Shown here: piece by piece, positions 10,345 to 18,887 of the stretch
Position numbering within the stretch: the first letter of the stretch is position 1
Layout of the letters: each line of letters starts with the position of its first letter
Assembly (NCBI GenBank): GCA_021780615.1
Contig: JAJXYJ010000022.1
Coordinates: forward strand, 809 to 64,808
DNA from: a bacterium
Lineage (GTDB): Bacteria > Patescibacteriota > Minisyncoccia > UBA6257 > JAGOQP01
Length of the DNA: 64,000 nucleotides
Direction: 5' to 3'
Notes under the pieces: generated by a model
What the model was told of the DNA's origin: nothing
The model's input: only the letters and a program-made list of their open reading frames with translations
The model's database searches: none
Position numbers and translations under genes: made by a program

Positions 10345-12594
10345 TTATTGGAAGTTTATCGTCTTCCACGTTCCTGCTTTGATAAAAGCCTCTATCTGAT
10401 CAATTCCCGCCGCCTTATCAGGCCGGACTTTACGCAGGCCCTCCGCGGCATCCATGGAGTGCACCGCATCGTGTTTATCGTAATAGTAACGCAACAGGAA
10501 ATAATATGCCTGCGCCATAGTGTTATCATTAAGATATGCTCCATTATTTAACGACAAAGCAGTATCCAACTCACTCAAACCTTGTGTGTAGTTTTGTTCC
10601 CCCGAAGTTACCAGAATAAGACCATAGTAGTAATGTGCCGCATATACTTTCGGATCAAATGAAATAGTTTCCTGCATTAACGACAGCGCCGCAGGAATTT
10701 GATTATCCAATGCTAAATCATATGCCAATAGATATCGCGTATCTTGCCGCTTGGGCGATAATGCCATTGCTTTGCGGTATGCATCCTCCGCATTTTTATA
10801 ATATTGCGGAAATCCTCCTTTTTGTGCCAATGCCTCGTACCCTTGTCCCAGGGTAATATAGTAGCGCGGATTCCATGGTTCTCGCGCAACCAAATCAGCC
10901 ATCTCCGCAATGCCCACCTGCATCGCCGGCAACCACTGATTTTGCGGCATCGTACCGGATTGCCCCGTAAGCGTGCTCAAAAAGTGCATGCGAGTAAGTT
11001 CCTGAATGTAGTTATACGGGGTAAACACTCCCGCCCCTTTCGTGTTTGTAATACTTTGCACACCCCCAGGGGATTGAATGGTGTTTAAATAATCTCTCAT
11101 TTGTGCAAACGGCACCCACGTCCAAGCAATTAATGCAACAGCAAAGAATATGGCGAGTGCGCCAATAACAGCATCGTAGACGATATACAATTTTGAATTT
11201 CGATTTACGAATTTTGAATCACTAACAACATTCTGCACCTCTTCTTTTATTTTTGAAATTCGAAATTCAAAATTCGAAATTGATTCAATACTTGAGCAAT
11301 AAATAAGGTATGCCAAAAATGCAAAGAATACCGGGTACGTGACAATAGAATCAAACACCGTCAGATTTTGTACAAAATACGATACGCCAAAAAAGAGGAG
11401 CGCAGCCATAGCCACCGAAAACCCTTTACGCTTGAATATCAACCACACAAATGATCCCCATATGCCCAAATATGCCGCCAACCCCACAACGCCATTCATC
11501 ACCAACACATCCATAAGTTTATCATGGGCTCGATCAAACCAGAGCTGTTCGTATTCAAAATATTTTGGATTGTAGTATGCGTTATACGCCACCGAAAAGT
11601 TTTCTGGGCCCCAGCCGATGAGAAATTCTTTCATACTGTTCTCACTTGGGTTTATGGCATGCAAGCTGACACCCAATGAAATAAGGCGGGTTTCAGTGCT
11701 GGGGTCATGGAACGTGAATGCCGCAATGCGATTAAAGCCCGGAATTTTTTGCCAAAATGTATCATGCTTGGTCGCATAAAATGCCCCTCCCAACACCACC
11801 GCAACTGCAATAGCCCACAAAGAAACTTTCTGCAATGTTGTTTTGCCGATGGAAATACTCTTTCCTTTGATGGCCATATACGCAAGCACTGCCGCAAGCC
11901 CCACAGCCGCGCCAACAATCACCCCGCGCGTTTCACTGATGAATATACCATACACCGATACCGGCACCATGACTGCGGCAAAAATTTTCCAAAACGATCG
12001 CCACCCGTGTGATACAATAACAGAATCTTCTTTTTTAGTATCAAGAAATACTAATACCCCCGCAAGAATGGTAAAAAGAAAAAACTCACCAAGATATATG
12101 GGATTACCGGTCGTTGAAGATGGGCGCACAACGCCGTTTGCAAATTGAATGAACGCGTCCAAAAACATGTATGCTCCAACACCCAACGAAATTTGAAAGA
12201 ATCGCATCCACTCCTTACGCTCAAAAAGCAATGCCGTAAGCACAAAGAACCCAAAGAAAAAGAGCATGTTTAACAGCCCCTCGGCGCGCTCCACGTCGCC
12301 AAAGAATGCACGGTACACGTCTTGGGCAAATATCGTGCTGATGATAAGCAGTCCCATAAATACGGTAGTAAAGAGTCCTACAGGGTTTTTGAGTACGCGC
12401 TTCAATTTGTCGTGCATCTCTTGGCGAAATTTTTTGGCATAAAAAAGGTAGCTGGCGAATAGAATCCAGGCCACCCCCACCGCCACGCGAATGAGAATAT
12501 TTTTGCCGCTGATGTAGGGAAAGAAAAGCGAATCAATGACGATGAGCGGGGATACCGCCAACGCGTAGAGAATATATTTGATAGTGGAACGCAT
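10345..12594 (-). CDS. O-antigen ligase/polymerase-like polytopic membrane protein with C-terminal TPR repeats
   Basis: The N-terminal ~450 aa has multiple TM helices in a Wzy/O-antigen-ligase-like arrangement. The C-terminal region has TPR-like repeats (AYRKAMALSP..., AAHYYYGLIL..., AQAYYFLLRYYYDK). Confidence 0.6.
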   Translation of the reverse strand: MRSTIKYILYALAVSPLIVIDSLFFPYISGKNILIRVAVGVAWILFASYLFYAKKFRQEMHDKLKRVLKNPVGLFTTVFMGLLIISTIFAQDVYRAFFGDVERAEGLLNMLFFFGFFVLTALLFERKEWMRFFQISLGVGAYMFLDAFIQFANGVVRPSSTTGNPIYLGEFFLFTILAGVLVFLDTKKEDSVIVSHGWRSFWKIFAAVMVPVSVYGIFISETRGVIVGAAVGLAAVLAYMAIKGKSISIGKTTLQKVSLWAIAVAVVLGGAFYATKHDTFWQKIPGFNRIAAFTFHDPSTETRLISLGVSLHAINPSENSMKEFLIGWGPENFSVAYNAYYNPKYFEYEQLWFDRAHDKLMDVLVMNGVVGLAAYLGIWGSFVWLIFKRKGFSVAMAALLFFGVSYFVQNLTVFDSIVTYPVFFAFLAYLIYCSSIESISNFEFRISKIKEEVQNVVSDSKFVNRNSKLYIVYDAVIGALAIFFAVALIAWTWVPFAQMRDYLNTIQSPGGVQSITNTKGAGVFTPYNYIQELTRMHFLSTLTGQSGTMPQNQWLPAMQVGIAEMADLVAREPWNPRYYITLGQGYEALAQKGGFPQYYKNAEDAYRKAMALSPKRQDTRYLLAYDLALDNQIPAALSLMQETISFDPKVYAAHYYYGLILVTSGEQNYTQGLSELDTALSLNNGAYLNDNTMAQAYYFLLRYYYDKHDAVHSMDAAEGLRKVRPDKAAGIDQIEAFIKAGTWKTINFQ

Positions 12595-12756
12595 AATATA
12601 AAGGTATTAAGGAATAAGTAGTATGTATTAAGGAAGAGAAGTAAAATATTCTTCCACCTTTTATATGTACTTATTTCTCATATTAATAAACGATATCAAA
12701 TACTATCAAAGAATGTAAAAAAATACCACTTAAGCCTGTATCAGGCGCCCCCTCTG

Positions 12757-12970
12757 TTATGCTGAGCGACGCATTCCTTTCTGTCATGCTGATCCGCCCA
12801 GGGCGGAGAAGCATCTCCTCCCTATCATAAGACCCCTGCCTGCCGGCAGGCATCTATACTGCCTCATCATGAGATTCTTCACTCCACTTCGTTTCGTTCA
12901 GAATGACAGAAAAAAGAATGACATTCATCATGTCATGCTGAGCCTGTCGAAGCATCTCCTCCCGATAAAT
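12757..12970. repeat. Cluster of short REP/MITE-like repeat units (core gtcatgctgaKC...gaagcatctc) plus 78-bp direct repeat copy 1 (12831-12908)
   Basis: Units of the form gtYatgctga[gt]c...gaagcatctc recur around 12757, 12786, 12941, 13476 and 13626. The 78-bp sequence gacccctgcctgccggcaggcatctatactgcctcatcatgagattcttcactccacttcgtttcgttcagaatgaca recurs at 13360-13437 with one mismatch. Confidence 0.7.
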
Positions 12971-13238
12971 CCTCAAAATGAGGATTTTGTTTTTGTATGA
13001 GAATAATTTTTTTATCCCTTTTCCATCCTTTTATTTTCTTTTCAGCGGCAATAGCTTCTTGCGGAGAAGAAAATATTTCATACCACACCAATTTATGCAC
13101 ATTGTATTTTGCCGTAAATCCTGGAACAAGTTTCTGAGTATGCTCATAGAGCCTGCGTTGAAGGTTGTTTGTTACTCCCGTGTATAAGACGGAGTTATAC
13201 TTGTTGGTAAGTATATACACAAAGTATTCTTTGCGCAT
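12933..13238 (-). CDS. GIY-YIG nuclease family protein (small, UPF0213-like)
   Basis: MRKEYFVYILTNKYNSVLYTGVTNNLQRRLYEHTQ contains the GIY-YIG motif. The C-terminal ...KGWKRDKKIILIQKQNPHFEDL is typical of the family. I chose the third in-frame Met as start. The 3' end is encoded by the repeat units. Confidence 0.65.
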   Translation of the reverse strand: MRKEYFVYILTNKYNSVLYTGVTNNLQRRLYEHTQKLVPGFTAKYNVHKLVWYEIFSSPQEAIAAEKKIKGWKRDKKIILIQKQNPHFEDLSGGDASTGSA

Positions 13239-13295
13239 AGAAATATTCATTTTAGTGTAGCAAAGACTTTGCAAAATACATAGAGAGATTATTGC

Positions 13296-13660
13296 ATGAG
13301 ACCCTTCGCTTCACTCAGGGTGACAGAAAAAAAGATGACAAATCTTTTCGTTATACCGAGACCCCTGCCTGCTGGCAGGCATCTATACTGCCTCATCATG
13401 AGATTCTTCACTCCACTTCGTTTCGTTCAGAATGACAACCCTTTCTGTTATGCTGATCCGCCATTACCACATCGTCATGCTGATCCGCCCAAGGCGGAGA
13501 AGCGTCTCATTCCCCATAACATTAATTCTCGGCATTCATAACTCACCCTAACCCTCTCTTAGCTTAAGAGAGGGGGTCTTTGATGTACGAAATTCCTGGG
13601 ATTTCGTACATCATAACGCTTCCCCGTCATGCTGAGCGGAGCGAAGCATCTCATTCTCCC
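13296..13660. repeat. Second block of the same REP/MITE-like repeats, 78-bp direct repeat copy 2 (13360-13437), and perfect hairpins at 13561-13585 and 13595-13619
   Basis: Near-identical 78-mer. Units gtcatgctgatccgcccaaggcggagaagcgtctc and gtcatgctgagcggagcgaagcatctc. Inverted repeats ccctctctt-agc-ttaag-agagggggt and tgtacgaaat-tcctggg-atttcgtaca. Confidence 0.7.
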
Positions 13661-13669
13661 ATTCATAAA

Positions 13670-13700
13670 CTAAAAACCCCCATAAAGGGGGTTTTTAGTT
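13670..13700 (-). terminator. Rho-independent terminator (bidirectional hairpin) downstream of the surface-protein gene
   Basis: aaaaaccccc-ataaa-gggggttttt is a perfect 10-bp stem flanked by A/T runs, 40 nt after the stop at 13740. Confidence 0.65.
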
Positions 13701-13739
13701 TTACAACACTCCAAAGAGCGTCGTTTCTATTCAACTTAC

Positions 13740-15659
13740 TTATTGAACAGAGACGTACGGGGTCTTGAAGATGTTGCTCATGTAGGAAGAATTCGAGAGA
13801 CCAGTAGATGATGCACTCGTGTTCCACGCTACACCGCTCATGTACATGTAGGTGCTACCCACATTCGCAGCCGTTCCGGGATGCAATGCAGTTGCATTTA
13901 CAGTAAATGTGGCAGTTGAACCCTTCGGGATATCATAGAATCCAGAGACCTGATTGTAACCAGTCGGATCTTGATATGAGACCGAAGAAGAAGCTACTGC
14001 GGCAGTTGTTGCGCCACCCAAGCTAATCTGGAATGCATTAAGGGTCGATGATGCGAGATAGATATCTGCACCATTTGCCGTCACGTTAAACGTGAAGGTT
14101 CCCGTCATGGTTCCTGTTGCACCTGCATACGTTCCCGCAGTGTAGGTTGCATTCGCGCTTGTCAAAGCAAACGTCGGAGCAACTTTCATGACATAGAACG
14201 TGTCAGATGTGCCGGATCCTGAAAGGCTAGAACCGGTGTATGTGGTGCCATCAGACTTGTAGGCAACCAAACCAGGGGTGTTGACTGTTACAACAGTGCT
14301 GCTTGCATTGTTGCCAGCATTTGAGAAATCACCTTTTACCGTGATGACTTTCGTGCTGTTAGCAGGCACCTGGAAGCCATTCATCATGTTGGTGAATGTT
14401 GCATATCCAGTTGAAGCATTGACGCTCGCTGACTGCAACAAGTTGCTGCCATCGTACAAGTACGCGACAGTCGGTGTTGCGGTGCCGGCGAAGTTTACTA
14501 CAGCCTGGTCAACTTTCGCTACATCATTGTCAGTCTTCAAATCGAAGGCGAACAACGGTGCTGCGCTTACATTACCCTGCGTGTCTGAAACAATCGCGCT
14601 TGAAAGCGGAGAGTTCGGGTCGCGGGATACTGAAAGGGTTGCGGTTGTTGACAAGCTCTTCTTTGCGTTAAACGTAGTGTTCCACGTTGCAAGCGGTCCA
14701 TACTGCTGGATGCCTGCGCCATCGGTTCCGCGAACTGCGTTCACAGGAACAGTGATGACCCATCCACCTGTAGGATAGCTTGTTCCACCCACAGCGTATG
14801 CAGAGTCGATAGTGGAGTACAACGCTGCCTTGACGTACAAGACATGGTACTGTCCATCAGCCGGAACCACATAGTTCAAGCCAGTGAGATACACATAGTA
14901 GTTGGATCCCTGCTTGGTGACAGTGCTGCTGTTCAAAGGAACAGTTGCCAATGTCGCGCCGCTGTCAGAAACAACGGAGAGGGATGACAAAATCTTTGTG
15001 TAGGTCAAGATATCATTCGAAGAACCATTACCAAGCTGAAGCTGAATGCGGTCAATGGTGATCGGTGAGTTCTGTGCCTGAAATTCGAATCCTGCGACAT
15101 TGTCGGCAGTGTCTCCTTCATAGAGATTCTGGCCGTTTGCCGGAGTCGGATTCTGCATGACGGTCAAGATACCTTCAACACCGGTGCTGGGCATCGGGGT
15201 TGGGGTTGATGAACCGGTCGGAGTCGTTGACGGGGTCGGAGTCGGGTTTACCGCAACCATTGAGTTGAGGTTCGCGCGAGTGATCGGGCCAAAGAAACCT
15301 GATGCCGGCGAAATGCCGACGGAAGCCTGATACTTCGCCAAAGCTGCTTTAGTCATAGGACCAAAGTAACCTGTCGGAGCAACTGACAAAAATCCTTTGC
15401 CATTAAGGAATGACTGCAATGCGGTCACTTCTGCACCCTTAGAACCAACAGTGAGATTGCTGGAGTAAGTGTATGAAGATGAACCGGTTGTTGAGCCACC
15501 CTGTGAGGACAATTGTGATTGCAAGGTCTGGATCTGGGCCAAGAGGGCTGCGATCTGGGCCTGCAAGTCTGCGGTGGTCTGAGCTTTCGATACTGAAACG
15601 AAAGTGACAGCCATTGCGAGAACTAACACAACTGACGCAATTTTTACGAAATTTTTCAT
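13740..15659 (-). CDS. Secreted Ser/Thr/Gly-rich cell-surface protein with a peptidoglycan-binding domain (PG_binding_1-like)
   Basis: Signal peptide MKNFVKIASVVLVLAMAVTFVSVSKA. Coiled-coil Q/L-rich stretch. SKGAEVTALQSFLNGKGFLSVAPTGYFGPMTKAALAKYQASVGI matches the PG-binding domain 1 pattern. A long T/S/G/A-rich beta-rich region follows. Confidence 0.6.
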   Translation of the reverse strand: MKNFVKIASVVLVLAMAVTFVSVSKAQTTADLQAQIAALLAQIQTLQSQLSSQGGSTTGSSSYTYSSNLTVGSKGAEVTALQSFLNGKGFLSVAPTGYFGPMTKAALAKYQASVGISPASGFFGPITRANLNSMVAVNPTPTPSTTPTGSSTPTPMPSTGVEGILTVMQNPTPANGQNLYEGDTADNVAGFEFQAQNSPITIDRIQLQLGNGSSNDILTYTKILSSLSVVSDSGATLATVPLNSSTVTKQGSNYYVYLTGLNYVVPADGQYHVLYVKAALYSTIDSAYAVGGTSYPTGGWVITVPVNAVRGTDGAGIQQYGPLATWNTTFNAKKSLSTTATLSVSRDPNSPLSSAIVSDTQGNVSAAPLFAFDLKTDNDVAKVDQAVVNFAGTATPTVAYLYDGSNLLQSASVNASTGYATFTNMMNGFQVPANSTKVITVKGDFSNAGNNASSTVVTVNTPGLVAYKSDGTTYTGSSLSGSGTSDTFYVMKVAPTFALTSANATYTAGTYAGATGTMTGTFTFNVTANGADIYLASSTLNAFQISLGGATTAAVASSSVSYQDPTGYNQVSGFYDIPKGSTATFTVNATALHPGTAANVGSTYMYMSGVAWNTSASSTGLSNSSYMSNIFKTPYVSVQ

Positions 15660-16196
15660 ATCTGAAATAATAATTGTTGTGTGATTTGTAATGGAAAATT
15701 CTGATAGCCTATAGCCGCTTCATATAATCGACCCACTGCTTCATCGGTGAGGACGAGTCAGCAAGCTCATAAAAAGCAACAAAGCTCTTATAGTAAAACA
15801 GAATTTTCGACTTCTTTTTAGGAAGTCGGATGTGAAAGCATGGTCACTCCTGCCATGTTCCCACATCCGAATGCCTAAACAATGTATGATTTACAATTTA
15901 CAGTTTACAGTTTTCAATAATCAATTAATTTTAAAATTATAAAATTTTCAATTCCTGCTTGCCGGCAGGGAAAATTTATTGGAAATTGGAAATTGATCAT
16001 TGGTCATTATCCACCCACCCTTAAAACAAAAAACTCACGGTAGATACGTGAGACAAAAAAATACCATGCACAATAAACAACACAATGTGCATATGCGCCA
16101 GAAGGCAGCATATTTTTTCCGTCTCACTCCTGTTACCACGAGGTACAGGAACAGAAAAAACAAATATGAAATTATAATGTACGTTCCACTTTCACC

Positions 16197-16546
16197 CATT
16201 CGAAATTCGGAACTCAAAATTCACTTTAATTCATCTTATCATACCTCTTATTTTTGTGCAACTCTACAGGACATTGCACAGATAGGTTTACGAGGTTTAT
16301 GAAGGGTGACTGCAAATTACAACGAGGGGTTTAAAGGACTGTTACACCCCTCCGCTTAAGCTATGGGGCACACGCACCCCTCCGCTTAAGCTATGGGGCA
16401 CACGCACCCCTCCGCCAAGGCTACAAGGCACACAGCACCCCTCCGCTTAAGCTAAGAACTGCACACAATATACCAATTACCAGTTACCGTTTACCAGTTA
16501 CTGTTTACCCCCTTTTCTTTCATTCGAAATTCGGAACTCAAAATTC
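16197..16546. repeat. 26-bp exact direct repeats (cattcgaaattcggaactcaaaattc at 16197-16222 and 16521-16546) bracketing a 4x30-bp tandem array (16345-16466)
   Basis: Direct reading of the sequence. Tandem units are cacccctccgcttaagctatggggcacacg x2 exact and x2 degenerate. Confidence 0.8.
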
Positions 16547-16569
16547 GAAATTATCTTACTAATTACCCC

Positions 16570-17493
16570 TTATCTCCTCCCCTTCACCCTCAAAAACGAA
16601 TTCGGGCCTCCAGTGCCTACCCGCTCAATTAAACGCTGATCGGCAAGGGTTTTAATATCGTAGCGTAACGTGCGATCGCTGACGCCGGGAAGTACGGCAA
16701 TAATATCATTTATATGGCACATAGCCCGCTTCTCAATAACTGACATAATCAGCTTCTTGCGTTCAGTTGAAGTAAGCTGGCGCGCATCCTGATCTGCCTT
16801 ACTATAAATCTCATGAGAGGTATTGCCGGACTCACCCTCAAACATTGCCGGACTATCTTTTGCCGGACTCTGCTGATGCGACACCGCAGCTGAAGCAGTA
16901 TCATTGCCGGACTCCATATGAACAGCATATAACAATGCGCTGTTGTGTTGAGCAGACGGCATAACAGTATCTTTTATACTTCCGGAAACATTGGTAGCAG
17001 TAGGAGATACATGCGCGTCATCAAAAGCATTGTTGCCAGACTCAAAAGCAACATTGCCGGACTCCTGAGTATCGTTTGCCGGACTATTGCCGGACTTTTC
17101 AGACACATCGCGTAACAGTCTGGCAAAGTCAGAAAAGAGCATAGGAGGCTTTGAAAAAATGCTCTCAATGGTGTTTTCTGTACGCCGATGAAGTTGAGCG
17201 GCGGCGGCATCTTCGGAAACGCGCTGAATTTCTTGCAGTGCCGTACGCAAATTTCCCGTTTCACGGAGAATGACTTTGGTATTAATATCGTTAATTTCAC
17301 CAATGTGAGACCCCAACCGAATAACCTCTTCTAACTCATCCAAAGCAACCGCATCTTTAGCAGAAAGATAAGCAAGCGCCTTTGCCTCCAACACCTTTTT
17401 AAGATCTACACGTCCCACCGCATCGGCCACCCGAAAGACAGCCCATACGACCTCAAATGATCTCTGCTTAAAAAATTCGAGGGAGTAGTTCAT
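16570..17493 (-). CDS. Putative transcriptional regulator with C-terminal winged-HTH (DeoR-like) and an internal ESGN-repeat linker
   Basis: C-terminal MSVIEKRAMCHINDIIAVLPGVSDRTLRYDIKTLADQRLIERVG is wHTH-like. Internal repeats ESGNVAFESGNNAF...ESGND...ESGNTS are encoded by about six ttgccggact DNA repeats. Confidence 0.4.
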   Translation of the reverse strand: MNYSLEFFKQRSFEVVWAVFRVADAVGRVDLKKVLEAKALAYLSAKDAVALDELEEVIRLGSHIGEINDINTKVILRETGNLRTALQEIQRVSEDAAAAQLHRRTENTIESIFSKPPMLFSDFARLLRDVSEKSGNSPANDTQESGNVAFESGNNAFDDAHVSPTATNVSGSIKDTVMPSAQHNSALLYAVHMESGNDTASAAVSHQQSPAKDSPAMFEGESGNTSHEIYSKADQDARQLTSTERKKLIMSVIEKRAMCHINDIIAVLPGVSDRTLRYDIKTLADQRLIERVGTGGPNSFLRVKGRR

Positions 17494-17796
17494 ACAATGG
17501 TTTCACCATATACCCAACCCCCCACCCCGTCAAATAACAAGTTATCCACAGGGACATTAAAAAGACAGTACGGAAAAAAACAGTACAAAAAAGGACGGCG
17601 CAAAAAAAGACGGTACAAAAATATTTTACATTTTCTCCCCCTTGCATCTCATTCCATTTATATCTTATTTCCCCTTGCATCTTTTATTTTGTTTCACGCT
17701 CCCCGATTCATACTCCTTGTGTTTCACATTCTATTTTCTACTTCCTACTTTTTTATTTTCTATTTTTTACTCACCGATCCCCACCACTCCCTACTC

Positions 17797-17840
17797 CCTG
17801 CTCCCCTTTCCGTCCCGATCGGGACGGAAAGGGGAGCAGG
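17797..17840. promoter_or_regulatory. Perfect 44-bp palindrome centred on GATC in a divergent intergenic region
   Basis: cctgctcccctttccgtcccga|tcgggacggaaaggggagcagg is identical to its own reverse complement. It lies at the end of a ~330-nt G-depleted polypyrimidine tract (17500-17830). Confidence 0.5.
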
Positions 17841-18344
17841 AAAAACATCAACGCCACCGCAAACCACACCACAAACCATCCGTTAGAAAAAAATTATCAC
17901 GCTACATATATAAAGATGTTTTTGCTTTCGTGGATGAAACTATCCACAAAAACACCTTTTAGAAAAAATAATGGTGATATAATAAAAAAATATAAAAACA
18001 TACCATTGAATATTTGCATTGTATAAAAATTACGATGCTACTCATATTTTAAAAGCATGTCGATAAAACACTCACTATGAACCGGTTATCTCTACCATAC
18101 ACCATATGCGCCGTCGTAGACGCCACGTACTTCTTTAGCGCTTTATTTAAAAAGCACACATATCATCCTGAACCGTGGGATGATTTTTATTATCTATGGA
18201 AAACCTAATTCCTTTTAATGCTCTCATTATCACCACGCTTATGTGCCTGATCATAAGCAAACGCTTCCACATACTATAAATACACATGAACCATCACACC
18301 CACTAATAACCAATTACCATTAAAGAAACCAAATTCAAACATCT

Positions 18345-18887
18345 ATGATGCACTCCGAAGACCAATTATCGCCACCCGCACATACAGCAAGCCGCACACT
18401 CCTCATCTCTATTGCCATATGTGTAGGCATTATCGCCCTCAGTGTTGGCGCTCTATTTATATGGGGAAATTATCTCTCCCCCGAAGCTCAGAGCACCCAC
18501 ACCATGCAAAAGAATTATGAGACGTACCAAGTATGGGAACAGCAACACAATCAAGATCTCACCCTGGATACCTATGGAGGCACCACTCCCGAGGAAACTC
18601 TGCAACTATTCGTGGACGCACTTGATGATGAAGATATTGAACTCGCGAGTAAGTATTTTGTACTCGATCAAAGAGAACAATGGGCTGAAGGACTTAAAAA
18701 TATACAGCGAGAAGAAAAAATAGATGAAATAATAAATACTATAAAAAACGCACAAGCGTCAGAAAGAGATACTGGATCAGAAAACCAAAAGGAATTTGTT
18801 GTAAAAAATAAAAATGGTGAAGTAGATTACGCCATTATATTAACACTTAACAACCAATCAAACATATGGAAAATAGAAAGTATGTAG
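18345..18887 (+). CDS. Hypothetical membrane-anchored protein
   Basis: 180 aa with an N-terminal TM ([22 protein letters not shown]). Its stop overlaps the start of the downstream large secreted protein. Confidence 0.4.
   Translation: MMHSEDQLSPPAHTASRTLLISIAICVGIIALSVGALFIWGNYLSPEAQSTHTMQKNYETYQVWEQQHNQDLTLDTYGGTTPEETLQLFVDALDDEDIELASKYFVLDQREQWAEGLKNIQREEKIDEIINTIKNAQASERDTGSENQKEFVVKNKNGEVDYAIILTLNNQSNIWKIESM

Noticed and set aside
13296-13541. 81-aa ORF (MRPFASLRVTEKK...MRFFTPLRFVQND...)
   Set aside because: It reads straight through the 78-bp direct repeat and the REP-like units. A parallel frame through the first repeat copy gives the same peptide. It is a repeat-derived spurious ORF.
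16345-16466. Possible CRISPR array (30-bp repeats)
   Set aside because: The four 30-bp units are contiguous with no intervening spacers. There are no cas genes and no leader-like AT-rich flank. It is a plain tandem repeat.
17925-17960. oriC call based on the DnaA-box-like ctatccaca / gtggat motifs
   Set aside because: There are only one or two imperfect boxes, no dnaA/dnaN/gyrB neighbourhood, and no skew analysis possible here. I kept it as a low-weight remark inside a finding rather than as a feature.
17497-17962. Two overlapping plus-strand ORFs (129 and 106 aa) in the polypyrimidine tract
   Set aside because: They are low-complexity Pro/Leu/Phe/Ser-rich translations of the CT-rich tract and span the 44-bp palindrome. 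No coding signal.
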